Source: a bacterium
GTDB lineage: Bacteria; Zhuqueibacterota; Zhuqueibacteria; Residuimicrobiales; Krinioviventaceae
NCBI GenBank assembly: GCA_963693055.1
Contig: OY843751.1
Coordinates: 6,240,001 to 6,304,000, forward strand
DNA length: 64,000 bases
Reading direction: 5' to 3'
Shown: in pieces, positions 51,926 through 61,325 of the stretch
Numbering within the stretch: position 1 is the first letter of the stretch
How the letters are laid out: the number at the start of each line of letters is the position of its first letter
The notes under the pieces: generated by a model
The model's database searches: none
Seen by the model: only the letters and a program-made list of their open reading frames with translations
Told to the model about the DNA's origin: nothing
Made by a program: the position numbers and the translations under genes

Positions 51926-52968
51926 GAAAAATCCCTTTTTTCAAATTTATTAGTCATGATTTCAATAGCAGCACAAATGTCAGTTTCGTCTATTTCAAGA
52001 TGAGTCACAAAGCGAATTCTGGTTTCGGAAAAAGCGATGCACAGTACTCCGCTGTTTTGCAGGCTTGAGGCAATAGCAGGTGCTGGTACATTAAATTGTG
52101 AAAAATCTGCAATAACTATATTGGTAGCTGTTTCTTTTAAATTTACAGTCACACCATCAACAGAATTAAAAAATTCTGCTAGTGTTTTGGCATTTTGATG
52201 GTCTTTATCGAGTTTTTGCAGGTTATTATCAAGAGCATATAGCGCTCCCGCTGCTAAAAGCCCTGCTTGACGCATTCCACCGCCAAACATTTTACGGTAC
52301 CGGTGCGCTCTGTTGATTAATTCAAAAGAGCCTGCAATGGCAGAGCCAACCGGCGCGCCCAAGCCTTTTGAAAAACAGACAGAAACCGAATCAAACTGTG
52401 CTGCATATTCGTCTAGAGGTACACCTGTGGCAACGTGAGCGTTCCACAGTCTTGCGCCGTCTAAATGCATTTTAAAATCATAAAATTCCGCAGTTTTGCG
52501 GATATCTTTGATCAGATCGATAGGATATATTGTGCCTCCTGCCGAGTTGTGAGTGTTTTCCAATTCAATGAGGCGGGTTTGTGCGTAATGGCTGTCTTTG
52601 GGGCGTATGGCCTGTTTGATCTGGTCCGGATGGATACGGCCGTAATCCCCAACGAGAGTGTTGTATTGGATGCCTGAAAGCATGCTGCCTGCACCACCCT
52701 CATAATTGAAAATATGACATCCTTTTTCACAAATCACTTCGTCACCGGGAATTGTATGGCATTTAATAGCGATCTGGTTTGCCATGGTACCACTGGGAAC
52801 AAACAGGGCTGCGTCTTTGCCCAGCAATTCGGCGGTCCTTTTTTGCAATTCGTTAATGGTTGGGTCTTCGCCAAAGACGTCATCGCCTACAGGTGCGTTG
52901 GCAATAAAATCACGCATGGCCTGGGTGGGCTTTGTAATGGTATCGCTTCTCAGATCAATAGTTTTCAT
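51922..52968 (-). CDS. ltaE: Low-specificity L-threonine aldolase
   Basis: DLRSDT, GDDVFGEDP, SGTMANQ, ENTHN, HLDGARLWNA and CFSKGLGAPVGS motifs. Confidence 0.95.
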   Translation of the reverse strand: MKTIDLRSDTITKPTQAMRDFIANAPVGDDVFGEDPTINELQKRTAELLGKDAALFVPSGTMANQIAIKCHTIPGDEVICEKGCHIFNYEGGAGSMLSGIQYNTLVGDYGRIHPDQIKQAIRPKDSHYAQTRLIELENTHNSAGGTIYPIDLIKDIRKTAEFYDFKMHLDGARLWNAHVATGVPLDEYAAQFDSVSVCFSKGLGAPVGSAIAGSFELINRAHRYRKMFGGGMRQAGLLAAGALYALDNNLQKLDKDHQNAKTLAEFFNSVDGVTVNLKETATNIVIADFSQFNVPAPAIASSLQNSGVLCIAFSETRIRFVTHLEIDETDICAAIEIMTNKFEKRDFS

Positions 52969-52979
52969 GGTGTTCCTAT

Positions 52980-55900
52980 CTAAAACAGGTCCATTTGATT
53001 GCTTTTGTTGCCCTTTTTTCTTTCATGTTTACCATGTTCAAGCAGACTGTTTGAAATTGATGCCAGAAAACGTGAGGGTGTCTGCTCTTGTGTATGTCCA
53101 AATATAAGGCGTTTTTTGCAATGGGACAAGTATAACTGTTGTTTTGCGCGAGTCATTCCCACATATAGCAATCTTCTTTCTTCATCCAGGTTGGGTTTTT
53201 GTCCTGGAACGCGATGTGGAATTATATTTTCTTCGCAGCCCGGAATAAAGACCACCGGGAATTCCAGGCCTTTTGAAGCGTGCAGTGTCAAAATTTTAAC
53301 CTTGTCTGCTCTGTCATCAAAAGTATCGACTCTGGTTTGAAGCATTAATGCGTCTAAAAAAGCTTCGTGGTTATCTGCAAAGGATTCTGATAAATTTAAG
53401 AGTTTGAGTTTAAGGTCTTTCTCTAATTCAGTATTATTTTGCTCTATCCACTCCCATAACCATCGTATCGTTTCTGTTACAGGCTGGTCAGGTTCTTTTT
53501 CTTCCAACTCGTTCAGGAATGCCTGGTAAAATTCGTTATTTTCGGTATCTGCGGGTATGTCTTGTGTATTTTTCGGAAATTCGCAAAAGGGCAGCAAGAG
53601 ATATTGTTCCTGAATATCAGAAAGGGGATTGCCGATCATCTGGTTAAGGGCAGATGTAAGAAAGAGAAATACGGGCTCTGCAGTGACGGGTGATTCGTCA
53701 AAGCTGCTAAAGGGGATGCCTGAACGGTCAAGTGCTTCGATGAGTGTGGGAAGTAATTGACGACTGCGAAGTAGTATTGCCATGTCAGAAAAAACATAGC
53801 CCTCAGGTAGTCCGCGATCATCCACGCGGCTGCTATCCATTGAGAAAAAGCTGGTACCTCCAACAAGCTGTTCAATTCGATGTACAATAAATTCCGCTTC
53901 AGCCTTGTCGGTTGGAGAGGATTGCATGTTCACCTTGACTTCCAGAGCCAGGTTGGACCATAATTTATCTTGTGGGGCTTCTTTGCCCAGATTCAGGATT
54001 TGCCTGGAAGCATTTAATATGTTTTGAGCAGAACGATAGTTTCGTTTCAGCGAGATGGTTACAACATCCGGGAAATCTTTGCAAAACTGTTCAAAAAAGG
54101 TATTGCTGGCGCCTCTAAAGCCATATATTGCCTGGTCCGGGTCTCCAATAACACAAATATCTTGAGCGGTTACTGAGAAAAGCGATAGCAGTTCATACTG
54201 TACCCGGTTTATGTCCTGAAATTCATCTACCGAGATGTATTGAATGTTTTGCAGCCAATCCCGACGCAGATCAGGGTCGTTGCGCAGTAGCCGGACCGGA
54301 AGCAGTACCAGGTCATCATAATCCACTGCATTTAACGATGTCAGCAGATCTTCATAGTTGCGATATTGGCTGATAAAATTTTCAGGCAATTCAACCAATT
54401 GTTCTTCAGGGATGGAATCCAGATCGTAACCCTGTCCTTTAACTATGGAAATATTTCGCAACAAGGCTTTGGTAAGCTTTCCATGGCGATCTGCAAACGT
54501 TTCCTGAAAGTGTTTGTCGTTTTCTGTATCAATAATGCTAAAGGTATTGTCTCTTCCGGCAAAGTATTCTGTTCTTCTCAGTAGGTGCGCTCCAAGCGCA
54601 TGAAATGTTAACACCTGCATGTTTTTTACTATTATGTCTGATAGCAGTTTTGCAAGACGGTCACGCATTTCGTCGGCGGCTTTGTGTGTAAATGTAACGG
54701 CAAGAATTTGCTCGGGTTTTGCTTTGTCTTTCAAGACCAGCGAAGCAATTCGCTCGGTCAGCGTGCGTGTTTTTCCGGTACCGGGCCCTGCTTTAATGAT
54801 TAGCGGGGCACCCCGATGCAATACTGCCTGCTGCTGTTCCTGATTTAATCCGTAATCCGTTTCCAGATTTTCCCGGATAATTGTTTCGGCGGGTTTTTCT
54901 TTTTTTGGGGAAAAGATCGGTTTTTCAGCCGCGGGTCTGGATTCAGTGACGCTTTCGGTCTGGAAAAGCATGCCCTGCTGCAGAATATCCTGTCGATCTG
55001 TACCCTGAAACACCCGGATAATTCCGTATTCACCATCGTATCCGGGTTGGGGATGCACTTTTGCTTCACGCATTCTGCTGATACCTTCAGCCAGCAGAGA
55101 GCCACCTGATTTTTCAATGTCCGCAAGAGGCAGGTCCATTAATATGCGTAGTTCAGAGCCAAGTTCGTTTAAAAGCTGAAAATAACGAGTTTGTACGGTT
55201 TTGCTGTTGGGTCCCACGCCTTTTTCTTCGCTGATCAGTTCCGGTAAAGGAACCAGACTCATAAAAGGTTTAGCGTCAGCAGGTTTTTCTCCTTCCGGGC
55301 GGTCTGCCAGTTCTTCAACGCGATAGCTGACACCCAGGGTGGCGGGTTTTCCGCAAACCGGGCAAAGGCCGTTGTTCTTGATGGTATCCGCGGGATAGGT
55401 CATGCTGTTACATTTGCGGTGACCGTCCATGTGGTATTTGCCTTCTTCGGGAAAGAATTCCAGTGTGCCCCAAAAGCCATCCGAATTTTTGTCCTTTAAA
55501 GCAGAAATCATGGCCGGGTATGAAAGCTCGGTATCGAAAATATTTGCTTCGCGCGCCAGCTTGGCAGGCGAGTGGGCATCTGAATTGGAGACCAGATTGT
55601 ATTTGTCCAGCATGGACAGGCGCCAGTTCATAGGCGGATCTGACGATAAACCGGTTTCCATGGCAAAAATGTGTGGAGTCAGGTCGCCAAAGCATTCTTC
55701 CACAGTGTCGAAACCGGATTTTGAGCCCAGCATGGAGAACCAGGGAGTCCAAATATGTGCGGGGATCAGCACGCCCTGGTCATCGGTCTCAAGTACTATT
55801 TCAAGCAGGTCTCTGGAATCCAATCCCAGTATTGGGCGGCCGTCAGAACGGATATTGCCAATTTTATCGAGGGTGTTTTGAAATTTTGCTACAGCGTCTA

Positions 55901-56246
55901 GCGTAGGAAACATGACCACATTATGTACCTTGCGGACCTGATCATGCCTTTTATAAATATTGCTGATTTCACCCGTGAGTATAAAATAGATATCGTCATT
56001 GCAGGCGCCAGGAACTTCCGATTGTGTTGTTTTGGCAAATTCCGGCTTTAGACGGAACAATCCATCGGTTGCGGGTTCAAGTTTTTGCCGCATTTCTTCA
56101 AGCCATTGTGGATGCGAAATATCTCCGGTTGCCACCACTTTGAGCCCCTTGATTTGTGCCCATTTGTTTAAATGCTCAAGGTTCAGGTTCTTGCTGGTGG
56201 CCCTGGAATAATATGAGTGAATGTGTATGTCGGCAATATAGTGCAT
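52980..56246 (-). CDS. Endonuclease Q (PHP + Zn ribbon) fused to a UvrD/Rep-family helicase
   Basis: N-terminal ADIHIHS.YSRATS, PAHIWTPWFS, NSDAHS and GKYH.DGHRKC..CPVCG; C-terminal AGPGTGKT, VDEFQD, LHASKGLEF and ERRLLYVGMTRA. Confidence 0.9.
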   Translation of the reverse strand: MHYIADIHIHSYYSRATSKNLNLEHLNKWAQIKGLKVVATGDISHPQWLEEMRQKLEPATDGLFRLKPEFAKTTQSEVPGACNDDIYFILTGEISNIYKRHDQVRKVHNVVMFPTLDAVAKFQNTLDKIGNIRSDGRPILGLDSRDLLEIVLETDDQGVLIPAHIWTPWFSMLGSKSGFDTVEECFGDLTPHIFAMETGLSSDPPMNWRLSMLDKYNLVSNSDAHSPAKLAREANIFDTELSYPAMISALKDKNSDGFWGTLEFFPEEGKYHMDGHRKCNSMTYPADTIKNNGLCPVCGKPATLGVSYRVEELADRPEGEKPADAKPFMSLVPLPELISEEKGVGPNSKTVQTRYFQLLNELGSELRILMDLPLADIEKSGGSLLAEGISRMREAKVHPQPGYDGEYGIIRVFQGTDRQDILQQGMLFQTESVTESRPAAEKPIFSPKKEKPAETIIRENLETDYGLNQEQQQAVLHRGAPLIIKAGPGTGKTRTLTERIASLVLKDKAKPEQILAVTFTHKAADEMRDRLAKLLSDIIVKNMQVLTFHALGAHLLRRTEYFAGRDNTFSIIDTENDKHFQETFADRHGKLTKALLRNISIVKGQGYDLDSIPEEQLVELPENFISQYRNYEDLLTSLNAVDYDDLVLLPVRLLRNDPDLRRDWLQNIQYISVDEFQDINRVQYELLSLFSVTAQDICVIGDPDQAIYGFRGASNTFFEQFCKDFPDVVTISLKRNYRSAQNILNASRQILNLGKEAPQDKLWSNLALEVKVNMQSSPTDKAEAEFIVHRIEQLVGGTSFFSMDSSRVDDRGLPEGYVFSDMAILLRSRQLLPTLIEALDRSGIPFSSFDESPVTAEPVFLFLTSALNQMIGNPLSDIQEQYLLLPFCEFPKNTQDIPADTENNEFYQAFLNELEEKEPDQPVTETIRWLWEWIEQNNTELEKDLKLKLLNLSESFADNHEAFLDALMLQTRVDTFDDRADKVKILTLHASKGLEFPVVFIPGCEENIIPHRVPGQKPNLDEERRLLYVGMTRAKQQLYLSHCKKRLIFGHTQEQTPSRFLASISNSLLEHGKHERKKGNKSNQMDLF

Positions 56247-56282
56247 AAGTTTTGACCCGTCTGTTTTTTAAAACAGGGTTGA

Positions 56283-56382
56283 AATATAACAAATCCCTGT
56301 AACAATGCAAAGGTTAATATCAATCCGAAAAACAAACTATTAAAAAAAATAGCTTGAATGTACTGCTGAATAACGATATATT
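56283..56382. promoter_or_regulatory. Divergent promoter pair
   Basis: Minus strand TTGCAT-16-TATATT (with extended TG) toward endoQ-uvrD. Plus strand TTGAAT (56354-59), 17 nt, TATATT (56377-82). Confidence 0.45.
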
Positions 56383-56385
56383 TGT

Positions 56386-56784
56386 TTATTCCATAGGATT
56401 GTCATAGTGAATGGGTTGAATGCGGATTCTGCTTGAAAAATGTTTTTTAACCTGTTTTAAAACCCATTTTCGTGACGGTGGAAAAAGCAGCAGCAAACCT
56501 GCAGTGTCGGTAATCAGGCCGGGAGTAAGCAATACAATACCCCCGATCAAGAGCAGCAGGCCTTCAATCAGGGAATCTGACGGCATTCGTCCTTGTTGTA
56601 ATTCTAACTGAATACTTTGCCATAACATAAATCCCTGAGACTTGGCAAGCCAGGCTCCGGCAAGACCGGTAATGATCACCAGTGCAATAGTGTCTAACAC
56701 GCCAAGATGTTTGCTGATTTCTAAAAGAAGCCAAATCTCTAAAAGGGGTATGGTGGTAAATAAAATTAAAAAACGAAAAAACAT
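56386..56784 (-). CDS. fxsA: FxsA family membrane protein
   Basis: PLLEIWLL, TGLAGAWLAKSQG and GIVLLTPGLITD motifs. Confidence 0.92.
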   Translation of the reverse strand: MFFRFLILFTTIPLLEIWLLLEISKHLGVLDTIALVIITGLAGAWLAKSQGFMLWQSIQLELQQGRMPSDSLIEGLLLLIGGIVLLTPGLITDTAGLLLLFPPSRKWVLKQVKKHFSSRIRIQPIHYDNPME

Positions 56785-56786
56785 AT

Positions 56787-57425
56787 TTGCTCCAGTTGAA
56801 AATAATAACTAAAAATAATCAAAACCTTGCACTTGTTCAAGTGTTATGTTGCATTGTTGTTTTTATAACAAGTGCGTGCGAGTCTCCGTTTTCTACAAGA
56901 GAGCCGGAAGATCCTGTTACTGAGCAATCATCATGGATTCAACCAACTTCAGCCAGTTACGTGGTGGCCAATTTGCGCAATGCGATCTCGGAAAAGAATA
57001 TTTCTAATTATGTCAGGTGTCTTGCTGATACCAGCAATTCTACCAAAAGGTTTTCATTTTTTGCAGATCCCTCGGTAATTGTCAATAATCCCGGTTTGTT
57101 TGAACGATGGGGAAAAGAAAATGAGCTGAATTACCTGAATCAGCTCATGCTTTATTTGCCGCAAGATTCTACAAGCAGCTTAAAATTCACATCCTCGCGG
57201 GAAGATACATATCAGGATTCGGTTATTTTGCTGCAGGAATACGAGTTGGTGCTTAATTATACTTGTGAAGAAGATGAATGTCCCCGTACTTTTAAGGGGC
57301 AGGCAGAATTCAGGTTGGTTAGAACAGTTGAAGATTTGTGGTATATTTATCGCTGGAGTGATACGGCTACAGGTGATGCGTCGGCAACTACCTGGAGTGA
57401 ACTAAAAGCCAGATTTGGAAAGTAA
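56787..57425 (+). CDS. Hypothetical lipoprotein
   Basis: Lipobox-like ITSAC followed by FSTREPEDP; start codon uncertain. Confidence 0.7.
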   Translation: MLQLKIITKNNQNLALVQVLCCIVVFITSACESPFSTREPEDPVTEQSSWIQPTSASYVVANLRNAISEKNISNYVRCLADTSNSTKRFSFFADPSVIVNNPGLFERWGKENELNYLNQLMLYLPQDSTSSLKFTSSREDTYQDSVILLQEYELVLNYTCEEDECPRTFKGQAEFRLVRTVEDLWYIYRWSDTATGDASATTWSELKARFGK

Positions 57426-57426
57426 T

Positions 57427-58551
57427 ATGAGAAGACAATCTTTTCATGGGAATTCGCCCAAAAAGAAAAAGTTAAAATTTGATTTCAAGATGGACTCAAG
57501 AACCATCTGGATTATTGCGCTCTCTGTTTCTGCAATTTTTTTAACCGCCGCAAGGTTTTGGGTGCTTCCTGCAACAATGAATCCGGATGAGCCAAAAGTA
57601 AAACAGCTCAGTGACGGGGACAAGATCATTGTATTGCAACACATAAAAGATGTATTTGAAGAGTACCATATACAGGATGATTGGCAGATCCAACGTGGCA
57701 GTTATGTAGAAGTGCAAATACCGCGCAAAATGGATTTTCTTAAATTGTATTCATCTGTTGATAAACGAATGGAAGCCCTTGCCAATACATCTATCAGTTG
57801 CAAAGAGACCGATGACAACCAGTATTTAATGAAAATCAATATTGATGAACAGCCGGCTTGCAGCTATCTGTTTAAACGAAAGCTGCCGTTGGGATATGTA
57901 GCCATTGTTATTGATGATTTTGGATATGATTATAACAATCTTGCCGGCGAGTTTTTACGTTTCCGTTATCCTTTGACGGTTTCTATCATTCCGGGGCTGG
58001 CAGATTCCCGAACCGTTGGGAGAGAGGCTTCTTTGCTGGGCAAAGAAGTATTGGTGCACATGCCTATGGAACCATTAAATGCCGCATATGATGATAACGG
58101 TTACATGTTGTATGCAAATCAGGAAAACAGCATTGTCAGAATGCGCATTAAACAGGCTTTTTCTCAACTTCCCGAAGCAGTTGGTATGAATAATCATCAA
58201 GGCTCAAAAGCAACAATGCAGCCACAATTGATGAGTACGGTTATGAGTGAATTGAAATCCATGGATAAAATTTTTCTAGACAGCTTTACAAGCCCCAAAA
58301 CTGTGGGTTATAAAACCGCAAGACGTATGGGTGTTAAAACGGCTGTCAACAAGTTGTTTATTGATGCCAAATACGATGAACAGTTTATGAATAGTCAGTT
58401 TGAACGTATAGCAGAGTTGGCCAGCAAAGGTGAAAATGTAGTTGCTATTGGTCATGTGCGTAAAAAAACGCTGGATGCTTTAAGAAGAAAAATACCCGAA
58501 CTTGATGAGAGAGGTGTAGAGTTTGTTCCAATTTCTCATCTTGTCAATTAA
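57427..58551 (+). CDS. Divergent polysaccharide deacetylase (YibQ family)
   Basis: N-terminal TM helix; AIVIDDFG, HMPMEP, GMNNHQGS, FLDS and IGH motifs. Confidence 0.9.
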   Translation: MRRQSFHGNSPKKKKLKFDFKMDSRTIWIIALSVSAIFLTAARFWVLPATMNPDEPKVKQLSDGDKIIVLQHIKDVFEEYHIQDDWQIQRGSYVEVQIPRKMDFLKLYSSVDKRMEALANTSISCKETDDNQYLMKINIDEQPACSYLFKRKLPLGYVAIVIDDFGYDYNNLAGEFLRFRYPLTVSIIPGLADSRTVGREASLLGKEVLVHMPMEPLNAAYDDNGYMLYANQENSIVRMRIKQAFSQLPEAVGMNNHQGSKATMQPQLMSTVMSELKSMDKIFLDSFTSPKTVGYKTARRMGVKTAVNKLFIDAKYDEQFMNSQFERIAELASKGENVVAIGHVRKKTLDALRRKIPELDERGVEFVPISHLVN

Positions 58552-58572
58552 ATTGAAAAGAAAGGGCCCCGA

Positions 58573-59283
58573 ATGGCTAGAATGTGTTTTTGTCTGAACC
58601 AAATTGCCTATATTCGAAATTTGAACAAAAGTAAATCTCCCGATCCTGTTGCTGCTGCTGTGGCTGCAGAGATGGCAGGCGTTGACGGAATTACCGTTCA
58701 GGTAAAGGATGATCTTTTGGATATAACAGAGCGGGATGTAATTGTATTAAAACAGGTTGTTCAATCCCATTTTAATGTTGCCGTTACCCTGAACGATGAG
58801 ATGATCAAAAAGACCTTGAAATGGTTGCCCGATATGGTAACGTTGCTTCCGGCTACCGGTGAACAAACACCCGAACAATCGCTCGATCTGGTGACAAATC
58901 TTGAATATATTGAAGATGTTACAGCGGCGTATAGGGCCAATAATGTTGTTGTTAGCGCGCTGGTTAAGCCGGATGTGCAGCAAATACGGGCCGCTGCCCG
59001 GGCAAGAATGGATTATGTACAGATCAATACAGCTGCACTGGCACGTATAGAAGATTTGGGTACCATGCACGATCATGTTGAACAGATCAAATCTGTTGCC
59101 ATGGCTGCAAACAAATTGGGACTCGGTGTTTCTGTTGGCAGGGGTTTGAACGAGCAAAACCTGCGCGAGTTGGGAAACGTTCCCTATATTGAAGAGTTTA
59201 ATGTGGGCAGGGCGATTGTGTCAAAGTCCATTATGCTGGGTCTTGAAAAAACATTGCGCCAATTCAAGTTGTCTGTGGTCTAG
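58573..59283 (+). CDS. Pyridoxine 5'-phosphate synthase (PdxJ) homolog lacking catalytic residues
   Basis: PDPVAAAVAAEMAGVDGITV, ERDV and EEFNVG patterns match PdxJ, but the active-site His/Glu residues are substituted. Confidence 0.75.
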   Translation: MARMCFCLNQIAYIRNLNKSKSPDPVAAAVAAEMAGVDGITVQVKDDLLDITERDVIVLKQVVQSHFNVAVTLNDEMIKKTLKWLPDMVTLLPATGEQTPEQSLDLVTNLEYIEDVTAAYRANNVVVSALVKPDVQQIRAAARARMDYVQINTAALARIEDLGTMHDHVEQIKSVAMAANKLGLGVSVGRGLNEQNLRELGNVPYIEEFNVGRAIVSKSIMLGLEKTLRQFKLSVV

Positions 59284-59288
59284 TGTTT

Positions 59289-59936
59289 ATGAAATACAAG
59301 GCACTTTTGTTTGATTTTGACGGAGTTGTTGCCAATACGTTTGAGCACCATTTAGATGCCTGGAAACAGATCCTTTCTTTTGAGCCGGATGGATTGACAA
59401 TCCGTATGAATGAAGGGCGGCCCGGGTGGCAGATTGCCTGCGCATTGTTTGAACAAGCGGGGCAAACCATATCGGAGGAGATGGGCCGTCACTGGATCAC
59501 AGAGAAAAACAAGATTTTCTCAGCCAGGGGAAATATCAAAGTTTATCCCGAGATTCCGAAAATCCTGGACGCAGCCAAAGAGGCTGGAATGCAAGCGGGA
59601 CTGGTTACAGGAACACATCTTGGTAACGTAAAGGCTATTCTGAGCGAATCGCTTTTGAATCAGTTTTCTGTGATCATAACAGACAAGGATACCGAGCGCG
59701 GTAAACCCTATCCGGACCAGTACCTGGAAGCTGTTAAAAGATTAGATCTAACCCCCAACGAATGTATTGTTGTGGAAAATGCACCCCTGGGCATTGATGC
59801 TGCCAAAGCCGCGGAAACAGAGTGTTACGCCCTTGAAACCACACTTTCCGGGGAACTATTAACAAAAGCTGACGTTATATTCAGGAACCATGCATTGTTG
59901 TATGATCATATAATCAGGCTGACCACACGGGGATGA
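59289..59936 (+). CDS. HAD-family phosphatase
   Basis: FDFDGVVANT, GKPYPDQY and VVENAPLG motifs. Confidence 0.9.
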   Translation: MKYKALLFDFDGVVANTFEHHLDAWKQILSFEPDGLTIRMNEGRPGWQIACALFEQAGQTISEEMGRHWITEKNKIFSARGNIKVYPEIPKILDAAKEAGMQAGLVTGTHLGNVKAILSESLLNQFSVIITDKDTERGKPYPDQYLEAVKRLDLTPNECIVVENAPLGIDAAKAAETECYALETTLSGELLTKADVIFRNHALLYDHIIRLTTRG

Positions 59937-59999
59937 CCGAACTCACAATATAAATAAAAAGTGCTTGATTATTGAGGCCAATATGCGTATTTTTTCTAA

Positions 60000-60163
60000 T
60001 TATATAGAAAAAGGAGATTGCCAGAGAAATTTTTGTTACTGTTGTTTTATTGATAAATAGGTGAAAATTTATTTAACTCATTAAATTGTGCAGTGACAAA
60101 TCGTCTGGCAACATGAACTCATATAAACCGAGCCCCCATGTTTTGTCAGGCCCGGTTTTTTTT
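60000..60163 (+). ncRNA. Candidate structured RNA or leader ending in an intrinsic terminator
   Basis: Promoter TTGATT-17-TATTTT (59965-59993); long interrupted hairpin 60018-60111; terminator AAACCGAGCC..GGCCCGGTTTTTTTT (60125-60163). Confidence 0.45.
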
Positions 60164-60178
60164 ATGCGGGAAAATAAT

Positions 60179-61321
60179 ATGAAACGCTTTATTTATGTAC
60201 TCCTTGTTTTAGCTTTGATTGCCGCTGGATGTTCGGAGCGGGATCTGCCGGTACCGAATGACAGCAGCGATAATCCGGTGGTTGAAAAGTTCAGTGTGCC
60301 TGAAATTGTTAATCCCAGCTCAAGTTACCCGGTAATGGTCAAAGTGGAACCCTCTGATCTCGTTCAATCCGTAGGTTTAGAAATTGCATTACAAGGCAGC
60401 AGTTCTCCCATCAAGAGTCTGGATTTATATGATGATGGCGGAGCTGTTGACAGCAATGATGGTGATGTGGTTGCGTTTGACGGTATATTCAGCCAGGTGT
60501 TGAACTGGGACCAGACAGAGGCTTCTGATTTGATCTTTACCTTTACTGCCAAGAGTTCCGAAGGGCAGCTTTTAAGTGACGCTGCTTTTTCAGTAAAATC
60601 AACGGCAAACTCTAAACCCGTTATTTTAAATGTTTTGATTCCTGACAGTCTAAAATCAGGCGAGTCGGGCCAACAATTTATTGTTACCGTCAGTGATTCT
60701 AATGGTACAGAAGACATAAAATCGGTTGTGTTTGCCGGAATGCAAAACAATGCCGAATTGTTTAACGGCGAGTTACAGTCCACAGGTACCCCCGGTGAAT
60801 ATGTCATTACCATTGACAGCTCCTTTGCCGCAGGGAAAAAAGGAACTTATGAGATGGTTTTTACCGCAATGGACCAGTCTAATGTGAACAGTGAATCGGC
60901 AAGTCGGACATTATATATTGAAAATACTTATCCTGAGCTGGGTGAGATCTCTGCCCCACGGCAGATTGAACGGCCGCCAGTAGATTATATCGTCAATTTC
61001 CTGATTGAAGTACCGATAACAGATGCTCAGGGCCTGGGAGATGTTAAAGAGGTTCGTGTATCCTGGCAAAAGCCGGATGCTTCGTATCCTGGTGGCAGCC
61101 CCTATCAACTGTTTGATAACGGCTTGGAATATAATTTTGATAATTGGGACCAGGGGTACCGCGGTGATTTGATTGAAAATGATGGTGTTTATTCTATTAC
61201 CGGTGTGTTTGATCCGGATGATTTGTTGGGTAACTATATATTGATTTTCTGGGCAGAAGACCTGGCCGGTAACAGAAGTAGTGACAAAGCATTTATTATC
61301 AACCTTAAAGACACGGAATAA
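60179..61321 (+). CDS. Lipoprotein with Ig-like domains and two choice-of-anchor-X-like motifs
   Basis: Lipobox IAAGC; LYDDGG...GDVVAFDGIFS and LFDNG...GDLIENDGVYS. Confidence 0.75.
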   Translation: MKRFIYVLLVLALIAAGCSERDLPVPNDSSDNPVVEKFSVPEIVNPSSSYPVMVKVEPSDLVQSVGLEIALQGSSSPIKSLDLYDDGGAVDSNDGDVVAFDGIFSQVLNWDQTEASDLIFTFTAKSSEGQLLSDAAFSVKSTANSKPVILNVLIPDSLKSGESGQQFIVTVSDSNGTEDIKSVVFAGMQNNAELFNGELQSTGTPGEYVITIDSSFAAGKKGTYEMVFTAMDQSNVNSESASRTLYIENTYPELGEISAPRQIERPPVDYIVNFLIEVPITDAQGLGDVKEVRVSWQKPDASYPGGSPYQLFDNGLEYNFDNWDQGYRGDLIENDGVYSITGVFDPDDLLGNYILIFWAEDLAGNRSSDKAFIINLKDTE

Positions 61322-61325
61322 GGGT

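Noticed and set aside
60145-60160. GTCAGGCCCGG resembling the SRP RNA helix 8 motif
   Set aside because: The following GAAGGAAGCAG is missing; the sequence is the 3' arm of a terminator.
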